From: an uncultured bacterium
Lineage (GTDB): Bacteria > GCA-001730085
DNA length: 32,000 bases
Assembly (NCBI GenBank): GCA_964565945.1
Contig: CAZMGY010000019.1
Location: 30,001 to 62,000, forward strand
Direction of reading: 5' to 3'
Below the pieces are notes generated by a model, which was not told where the DNA came from, made no database searches, and saw only the letters and a list, made by a program, of their open reading frames with translations. The translations under genes were made by a program, and so were the position numbers. Shown here one piece after another: positions 14,353 through 21,325 of the stretch (the stretch's first letter is position 1; each line of letters starts with the position of its first letter).

Positions 14353-16731
14353 ATGAAGTTTTATGAACTTCCCGATGTTTTAGAAAAAGAAGTGAATATT
14401 TTTGATCAGCAAATCAAAGATTATCAAAAGGGTGATATTGATCCTGTTGGATTTAAAGGGATTCGTGTTGCGCATGGTATTTATGAGCAGCGCAAACCAG
14501 AAACACATATGGTTCGTATTCGCTGTGCTTCTGGAGGGGTGACACCTGCCCAGCTACGGAAAATATCTCAATTGGCCCAAAAGTATGGCTCTGGAGAGAT
14601 GCATGTCACGACACGCCAAGAGATGCAGCTTCATTATGTTGACTTAAACGATGTGATTACGGTGTACAACGAACTTCGTTCTGTGGGTTTATCTTCTCGT
14701 GGTGGTGGTGGAAATACAGTGCGCAACATACTGGCTTCCTATGATTCAGGCGTGACCACAGATGAAGTTTTTGACGTGGCTCCTTATGCGATCGAGCTGA
14801 CCACTCGCATGATTAACGAAGCCGATTCTTGGAATTTACCTCGTAAGTTCAAAATTGCTTTTTCTAATAACGATTATGATCGTTCTCGTGCGGCGGTGAC
14901 TTGTTTAGGTTTTATTGCTAAAAAGCAAGGTGAGCAAAAAGGTTTTAAGGTTTATTGTGCTGGAGGCCAAGGATCTAAGCCAATGTTGGGTCAGGTTTTG
15001 TTTGATTTTGTTGAACATGACAAAGTTTATCACATTACTAAAGCGATTAAGATCATGTTTGATAAGTACGGAAATCGTCGCCAACGTAGCAAGGCTAAGT
15101 TAAAGTTTTTGTGGGATAAGTTAGGCAAGGAAGAGTTTCTGAAGAAGTTTCACGAGGAGTATGATGAGCTTGTCAAGGATATGTCTCTTGCGTTAGACCT
15201 GAAGCCTATTGGCAATGAAGCGCAGGTGAAAGATGGATATGAACCTGAGTTAGTTTTTGGGGAGAGCTATAAGCGTTGGAAAAAATGTTATGTGAAGGCT
15301 CAAAAACAAGATGGTCTTGTGATGATTAAAGTTCCTTTGAAGCTCGGTGATATTGAAGGGTCAGATGGTGAGAGAATTGCTGATGAGCTCGAGAACTTTG
15401 GTGATAATGTTCTACGTTTTTCTGTGGATCAAAATGTTCATTTTCGTAATATTCCCGAAGCATATTTAGGTAACATTTATAACTTGATTCAGCTGATTGA
15501 TTCCTTATCGAGTGATCCAGAAATGTTTGGCCAAATGATTGCTTGTACTGGGGCCGATACTTGTAAATTAGGTATTTGTTTGCCTCGCGGTGTGACGCCA
15601 AAAATTCAAGATCTATTGCGCGATAGCGAATTAGATATTGATGCCCTATCGCATGTCAAAATTCATATTTCTGGATGTCCCAACACTTGTGGATGTCACC
15701 ATGTGGCAGATCTTGGCTTTTTTGGAAAAGTGATGCGTCAAGGCAAGGATATGATGCCTGCTTACAATGTGTTAGCGGGTGCTATTTCTGACGAGGGGAA
15801 AACACGTTATGCCTTAAAGGTTGATGAGATAGCGGCCAAAGATTTGCCAGTCTTTGTGAAAGAGTTTTTTGCCGTTTATCTTGCTAAGAAAGATACATAT
15901 GCAACGTTTACCGAATACATTGATGCCGAGGGGCAAGATGATATTAAGGCTGTGTGCGAGCAATTTCGTACTTTGCCTAGCAAAGATGAGAATGAAGATT
16001 ACTATTTCGATTGGGGTTCCGAAGAACCGTTCACTCTATTGAAAGGTCAAAAAGCCGAGTGTTCTGCTGGTATGTTCGACATGATTAATGTGGACAACAA
16101 GATGGTTAAAGAAGCCCAAGTGCACTTTGAAGCTACTGAAGATAATCAAGTGCGGATGGAAGATTTATACCAGATGATGTTTTCGACATCGCGCATGCTT
16201 TTGGTCACTCGGGGCATCGAGTCTAAAACAGATGAGCAAGTGTTTGAGGACTTTATTCAGCACTTTATCAAAACCGATCTGATTGCCGAGTCTTTTACGG
16301 ATATTGTTCTTGTGGCTAAGGACAAAAAAGCCGAAGAGCTTCTTGCGCATCAAGATAAAGTGATCAGTTTGGTGGAAGCTGTTCGGGAGTTGTATAAAAA
16401 TATGGATGATTCTCTACGCTTTTTGGACAAAGAAGGCAATATTTCAGGCGAATCTTTCAATGCTAAGAAAAATGATGATGCTTCTGCAGATAAACAAGAT
16501 AGCACGTCAGCTGAACGCTTTAAAGACTTGCGTGGTGTGGGGTGTCCGATGAACTTTGTGAAAGTTAAAATTGAGATGGCAAGCATGAAATCGGGTGAAA
16601 AGATTGCCGTATTTTTGGATGATGGAGCTCCTGTTGAGAATGTTCCCAGTTCGGTGCGCAACGAAGGTCATACGATTGTGGTTTTGGAGCAACAAGGCAG
16701 CCACTGGATGCTTGTGATTCAAAAAGCGTAA
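14353..16731 (+). CDS. sir: assimilatory ferredoxin-type sulfite reductase hemoprotein fused to an unassigned helical region and a C-terminal TusA/SirA-like domain
   Basis: NIR_SIR repeats (RIRCASGGVTPAQLRKISQLAQKYG...TTRQEMQLH). Siroheme/[4Fe-4S] cysteines CTGADTC and CPNTCGC. The last ~72 aa (DLRGVGCPMNFVKVK...) resemble TusA, with the Cys codon at 16543-16545. Confidence 0.85.
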   Translation: MKFYELPDVLEKEVNIFDQQIKDYQKGDIDPVGFKGIRVAHGIYEQRKPETHMVRIRCASGGVTPAQLRKISQLAQKYGSGEMHVTTRQEMQLHYVDLNDVITVYNELRSVGLSSRGGGGNTVRNILASYDSGVTTDEVFDVAPYAIELTTRMINEADSWNLPRKFKIAFSNNDYDRSRAAVTCLGFIAKKQGEQKGFKVYCAGGQGSKPMLGQVLFDFVEHDKVYHITKAIKIMFDKYGNRRQRSKAKLKFLWDKLGKEEFLKKFHEEYDELVKDMSLALDLKPIGNEAQVKDGYEPELVFGESYKRWKKCYVKAQKQDGLVMIKVPLKLGDIEGSDGERIADELENFGDNVLRFSVDQNVHFRNIPEAYLGNIYNLIQLIDSLSSDPEMFGQMIACTGADTCKLGICLPRGVTPKIQDLLRDSELDIDALSHVKIHISGCPNTCGCHHVADLGFFGKVMRQGKDMMPAYNVLAGAISDEGKTRYALKVDEIAAKDLPVFVKEFFAVYLAKKDTYATFTEYIDAEGQDDIKAVCEQFRTLPSKDENEDYYFDWGSEEPFTLLKGQKAECSAGMFDMINVDNKMVKEAQVHFEATEDNQVRMEDLYQMMFSTSRMLLVTRGIESKTDEQVFEDFIQHFIKTDLIAESFTDIVLVAKDKKAEELLAHQDKVISLVEAVRELYKNMDDSLRFLDKEGNISGESFNAKKNDDASADKQDSTSAERFKDLRGVGCPMNFVKVKIEMASMKSGEKIAVFLDDGAPVENVPSSVRNEGHTIVVLEQQGSHWMLVIQKA

Positions 16732-16743
16732 GGTAACAGAGAG

Positions 16744-17451
16744 ATGAGTGAGCAATTGCAGGCCTATAGAGAACAGGTTCAAGGTTTAGAGGCCAAGGTC
16801 ATTGTGGCATGGGCGTTCGAAACCTTTGGTGTTAAGGATTTGGTTTTGGCTTCGAGTTTGGGGGCAGAAGACCAAGTGTTGACGGACATGGTCTGTTCGC
16901 AAGAGCCTGAAGCGAGAGTGTTCACTTTGGATACGGGACGTTTGTTTCAAGAATCTTATAATGTGATGCAAACCTCGATGAATAGATATCACCTCAAGTA
17001 TGAGGTTTATGCGCCTGAGGCTGATGAAATTATTGATTTGGTTCGGGATAAAGGTCCTAATTTATTTTATGATAGTGTTATGGATCGTAAACAGTGTTGC
17101 TATGTGCGCAAGGTTCGTCCTTTGCAGAAGGTTTTAGGCACGGCCAAAGCTTGGTTAACTGGTTTGCGATCTGAGCAGTCGGTGACGCGTGATGCTCTTG
17201 AAGTGGTTGAGGGGGATGACAACTTTGGTCTTTATAAAATCAATCCCTTGGCGGCTTGGTCCGAAGCAGACATTTGGTCCTACATTAAAGATAAGGATGT
17301 TCCTTACAATGCTTTACATGAGCAAGGATTTTTGAGCATTGGTTGTGTTCCGTGCACACGTGTGGTTAAGGACGGTGAAGATGTTCGCGCTGGTCGTTGG
17401 TGGTGGGAAGACCCTAAACACAAAGAATGTGGCTTGCATGCCAAAAAATAA
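16744..17451 (+). CDS. cysH: adenylylsulfate (APS)/PAPS reductase, Fe-S-cluster type
   Basis: PAPS_reduct fold and C-terminal KECGLH. Carries the extra CC (17095-17100) and CVPC (17344-17355) cysteine pairs characteristic of [4Fe-4S] APS reductases. Confidence 0.9.
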   Translation: MSEQLQAYREQVQGLEAKVIVAWAFETFGVKDLVLASSLGAEDQVLTDMVCSQEPEARVFTLDTGRLFQESYNVMQTSMNRYHLKYEVYAPEADEIIDLVRDKGPNLFYDSVMDRKQCCYVRKVRPLQKVLGTAKAWLTGLRSEQSVTRDALEVVEGDDNFGLYKINPLAAWSEADIWSYIKDKDVPYNALHEQGFLSIGCVPCTRVVKDGEDVRAGRWWWEDPKHKECGLHAKK

Positions 17452-17465
17452 AGAAAGATAAAGCT

Positions 17466-18347
17466 ATGACAGAGTTAGATAAATTAGAAGCCCAAGGGAT
17501 TTATATATTCCGTGAAGCGTATCGCAATTTTAAAAATCTAGCCATGCTATGGTCAATCGGAAAAGATAGTACCGTTTTGCTATGGTTAGCTCGTAAGGCA
17601 TTTGCGGGGCATGTGCCGTTTCCTTTTGTTCATATTGATACTTCTTATAAGGTTCCTGCCATGATTGCTTATCGTGATCAATTGGCACGTAAATGGAAAC
17701 TAAACATGGTTTATGGACAAAATCAAGAAGCCTTAAAGCAAAAGCAAACGTTTCCTGATGGTGCGATCGATCGATTGGCTTGTTGCAAAGCCTTGAAGAG
17801 TGAAGCTCTTAAGCACACCCTTTCTGGAGAGTGGACACGTTTTCGCATGAATCATGACAAAGGTGAATACGAAGTTGATCAGAACACTGAACCCTACACT
17901 GGTGTGATTGTGGGTGTACGCTCTGACGAAGAAGGTACGCGTTCCAAAGAAAGATATTTTTCGCCACGTGATCATCAAAATGAATGGGATATTGCTAATC
18001 AACCACCTGAGCTTTGGAATCAATTTAAGACAGATTTTGCTCCAGGAACGCATGTGCGGGTGCATCCCTTGCTTGATTGGACAGAGCTTAATATTTGGGA
18101 ATACATTGAACGTGAAAATATTCCGATTATTGATTTATACTTTGACCGAGGGGAGGGGACACGTTATCGTTCTTTAGGCTGTATGCCGTGTACATTTCCT
18201 GTCGAGTCGACAGCCAAGAATGTCAAGGATATTATTGAAGAATTACGCAGTGGAAAGTTTGCTAACATTGCTGAACGTTCAGGTCGCGCGCAAGATAGAG
18301 AGGATGGCGGAACACTTGAGACACTAAGAAAAGATGGGTATATGTAA
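17466..18347 (+). CDS. cysD: sulfate adenylyltransferase subunit 2
   Basis: ATG 17466 ([22 protein letters not shown]...), [16 protein letters not shown]-loop and the C-terminal ...[14 protein letters not shown] signature. Confidence 0.92.
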   Translation: MTELDKLEAQGIYIFREAYRNFKNLAMLWSIGKDSTVLLWLARKAFAGHVPFPFVHIDTSYKVPAMIAYRDQLARKWKLNMVYGQNQEALKQKQTFPDGAIDRLACCKALKSEALKHTLSGEWTRFRMNHDKGEYEVDQNTEPYTGVIVGVRSDEEGTRSKERYFSPRDHQNEWDIANQPPELWNQFKTDFAPGTHVRVHPLLDWTELNIWEYIERENIPIIDLYFDRGEGTRYRSLGCMPCTFPVESTAKNVKDIIEELRSGKFANIAERSGRAQDREDGGTLETLRKDGYM

Positions 18348-18348
18348 A

Positions 18349-20157
18349 ATGAGCACAGATGTATTGAATAACGAACAAATGAATATTGTGGTGGTTGGTC
18401 ACGTGGATCATGGAAAAAGTACTGTAATTGGCCGTTTGATGGCGGATACAAACTCTTTGCCACAGGGTAAGCTTGAACAAGTGAAATTTAATTGTGAGCG
18501 AAATTCCAAGCCCTTTGAATATGCATTTCTTTTGGATGCACTCAAGGATGAGCAAGCTCAAGGGATTACGATTGATTCGGCACGTTGTTTTTTTAAGACC
18601 AACAAAAGGCATTACATCATTATTGATGCCCCTGGGCATAGCGAGTTTTTGAAAAATATGATCACAGGAGCCACTCGTGCCGAGGCAGCGTTATTGATTA
18701 TTGATGCTCACGAAGGCGTGCAAGAAAACTCACGTCGCCATGGTTATATGCTATCGATGTTAGGTATCAAACAAATTGCGATTTGTGTGAATAAAATGGA
18801 TTTAGTCGATTACTCTCAAGAGGTTTTCGACAATATCCAAAAAGAGTATTCCGAATTTCTTAAGGAAATCAATATAACACCTAAGTTGTTTCTTCCGATT
18901 AGTGCTCGAAAAGGCGATAATATTGTATCGTTGTCGGATAATATACCTTGGTTTAAGGGTATGCATGTCTTAGAAACGATGGATGACTTCAAAAAAGAGC
19001 TTGATGAGAAAGATAAATCTTTTCGTTTTCCTTTGCAAGATATTTATAAATTTACCGAAAATAGGGATGATCGTCGTATTTTTGTGGGACGCATCGAAAC
19101 AGGCGAGATTCGCAAGGGTGACAAGGTTGTGTTTTTACCTTCGAGTAAAACCTCGACGATTCGAGCTGTGGAGGGGTTTCATATGCCCGATGATAGCTAC
19201 GCCTATTCGGGACAATCAACGGGGTTTACCTTAGAAACACAGATCTATGTGAAACCAGGTGAAATCATGTGCAAGGCTGGGGAAGAATTACCTAAAATCG
19301 GAGCACGTTTTCGTGCCAATATTTTTTGGTTAGGTCGCCAGCCGATGGTGAAGCAAAAACAGTACAAGCTTAAGATTGGAACATCGCAAATGCCAGTTTG
19401 GCTCGAGGGCATTCATCATATTTTGGATGCTTCGGAATTGTCGACGGTTCAAAATAAACAAAAGATTGATCGCCATGATGTGGGGGATTGTATTTTGCAA
19501 ACCTACAAGCCGATTGCTTTTGACCTAACTGGTGATATTGCAGCTACTAGTCGCTTTGTGATTGTCGATGATTACGAAATTACTGGTGGAGGGATTATCG
19601 TTGAGGATTTGGGGACCGAAAATAAGCGCTTACAAGATTACATTGATCGCCGTGAGCAAAATTGGGCGCGTAGTGCGATTACGCCTGAAAAACGTCGTTC
19701 TCGCTATGGACATGCAGCGACGCTTGTTTTGTTCACAGGTCCTCGTGGAGTGGGTAAGCAGCCTATGGCCGGTAAATTGGAAGAAAAGCTTTTTGAATGT
19801 AATTTTTTTACCTATTATTTAGGTTTAGCGAACACTTTGGAGCATTTGACCAGTCGTACAGGGATGGACAAAGATCGGGTGGGTTTATTAACTCAACTGG
19901 GAGAAATATCGCACATATTCACCGATGCGGGCCTTATTTTGATCACAACTATCTCCGAAATGGACGATTATGAATTGCAAATGTTGCGCACCTTGAATCA
20001 CCCCAGTGATTTGGTGGTGGTTAATGTAGGAGATAATCTGTTTTCTTCAGAGAAAGTGGATCTGGATCTGCCCGAACAAGCCGATCCAGAGATCTATGTG
20101 CAACAGGTGGTTCAATTCTTGCAACAAAGAAACGTAATCACGGATTATATGATTTAA
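18349..20157 (+). CDS. cysN: sulfate adenylyltransferase subunit 1 (GTPase) fused to a degenerate APS-kinase-like domain
   Basis: ATG 18349 lies 1 nt after the cysD stop. [14 protein letters not shown] and NKMD GTPase motifs. The C-terminal ~170 aa align to CysC, but the P-loop is GPRGVGKQ (19738-19761) and the LDGD motif is LGLA. Confidence 0.9.
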   Translation: MSTDVLNNEQMNIVVVGHVDHGKSTVIGRLMADTNSLPQGKLEQVKFNCERNSKPFEYAFLLDALKDEQAQGITIDSARCFFKTNKRHYIIIDAPGHSEFLKNMITGATRAEAALLIIDAHEGVQENSRRHGYMLSMLGIKQIAICVNKMDLVDYSQEVFDNIQKEYSEFLKEINITPKLFLPISARKGDNIVSLSDNIPWFKGMHVLETMDDFKKELDEKDKSFRFPLQDIYKFTENRDDRRIFVGRIETGEIRKGDKVVFLPSSKTSTIRAVEGFHMPDDSYAYSGQSTGFTLETQIYVKPGEIMCKAGEELPKIGARFRANIFWLGRQPMVKQKQYKLKIGTSQMPVWLEGIHHILDASELSTVQNKQKIDRHDVGDCILQTYKPIAFDLTGDIAATSRFVIVDDYEITGGGIIVEDLGTENKRLQDYIDRREQNWARSAITPEKRRSRYGHAATLVLFTGPRGVGKQPMAGKLEEKLFECNFFTYYLGLANTLEHLTSRTGMDKDRVGLLTQLGEISHIFTDAGLILITTISEMDDYELQMLRTLNHPSDLVVVNVGDNLFSSEKVDLDLPEQADPEIYVQQVVQFLQQRNVITDYMI

Positions 20158-20188
20158 TCTGCATTATGCAAGATATTGACATCCTTAA

Positions 20189-20218
20189 CGTTATCCCACG
20201 ACTTGATCAGTGGGATCC
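20189..20218 (-). repeat. GC-rich palindromic element, copy d (inverted orientation)
   Basis: The reverse complement is GGATCCCACTGATCAAGTCGTGGGATAACG, with a 7-bp stem ATCCCAC/GTGGGAT. Lies in the cysN-mnmA spacer and overlaps the spurious GTG at 20210. Confidence 0.7.
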
Positions 20219-20248
20219 AGGGAGTTTAAAATATTGAATTTAGTTAAC

Positions 20249-21325
20249 ATGGATAGCAATAAAACAGAAGTTGTGTTAGTTGCTCTTAGCGGAGGAGTGG
20301 ACTCAGCTGTTGCAGCGCGCCTTTTGATGCAAGAGCATGAGACTGTGATTGGGGTGTCTCATCGCCATTGGCCAGAATCGAACTGTTGTTCGACCGCATG
20401 TTTGGATCGTTCTGCTGCTCAATGTATCGATATGGGTATTCCTTATTATCCGCTTGATTGTATGGTCGAATTCGCTCAGGCGATTGTAGATGACTTTGTG
20501 GCCATCTACCAAAGAGGTCAAACGCCGAATCCATGTGTCTTGTGCAATCAAACCATTCGCTTTGATTTGATGATTCAGAAGTTTTTTGAACAACATCCCG
20601 ATTATATCGGGCGTGATTATCGGATTGCGACTGGTCATTATGCCAAAGTTGAGAAGATTGAGGGGATTTATCGTCTTAAACGTGGGGTTGATCTGGACAA
20701 AGACCAATCGTATATGCTTTATCGCTTGTCTTCTGAGCAGTTGCAACATTGTTTGTTCCCTTTGGGTAGTCTATACAAAACGCAAGTGCGTGAAAAAGCA
20801 GAGCGCTGGAACTTACAATCGGCCAAGCAAAGTGAGAGTCAAGATATTTGCTTTGTGACTGACACCTACCAAACTTTTTTGGATCAGTACACGGGCCAGC
20901 AACAGAGTCCCGGTGATTTTGTTGATCAGAAGGGGAAGGTGTTGGGACAACATCGTGGCGTGGCTTATTATACCCGTGGTCAGCGTAAAGGTTTGGGCTT
21001 AAGTGATGGTCCTTGGTATGTGGTGTACACGGATGTGACCACGAACCAAGTAGTTTTGGGGGCGCGTGAAGATTTGGCTACGTCCTCCTTTAGGATTCAT
21101 ACAACGCGTTGGAGTGATCCTTATGTTCACTTTCCATTAGAGGCGACTGTACAGTTGCGTTATCATGCTCAGCCTGTTCCTGTTCTGGTGGAACAAATAG
21201 AGGAAGATAATTATCGCTGCCAGCTTAAGGATTTGTCCTATGATGTGAGTCCGGGTCAGTCGGCTGTGACTTATCAAGAGGATTACGTGGTGGGGGGAGG
21301 ATTGATTGCCTATGACCCAGTTTAA
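20249..21325 (+). CDS. mnmA: tRNA 2-thiouridine(34) synthase
   Basis: ATG 20249 (MDSNKTEVVLVALSGGVDSAV PP-loop). Catalytic Cys contexts NPCVLCN and SQDICF. Confidence 0.9.
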   Translation: MDSNKTEVVLVALSGGVDSAVAARLLMQEHETVIGVSHRHWPESNCCSTACLDRSAAQCIDMGIPYYPLDCMVEFAQAIVDDFVAIYQRGQTPNPCVLCNQTIRFDLMIQKFFEQHPDYIGRDYRIATGHYAKVEKIEGIYRLKRGVDLDKDQSYMLYRLSSEQLQHCLFPLGSLYKTQVREKAERWNLQSAKQSESQDICFVTDTYQTFLDQYTGQQQSPGDFVDQKGKVLGQHRGVAYYTRGQRKGLGLSDGPWYVVYTDVTTNQVVLGAREDLATSSFRIHTTRWSDPYVHFPLEATVQLRYHAQPVPVLVEQIEEDNYRCQLKDLSYDVSPGQSAVTYQEDYVVGGGLIAYDPV

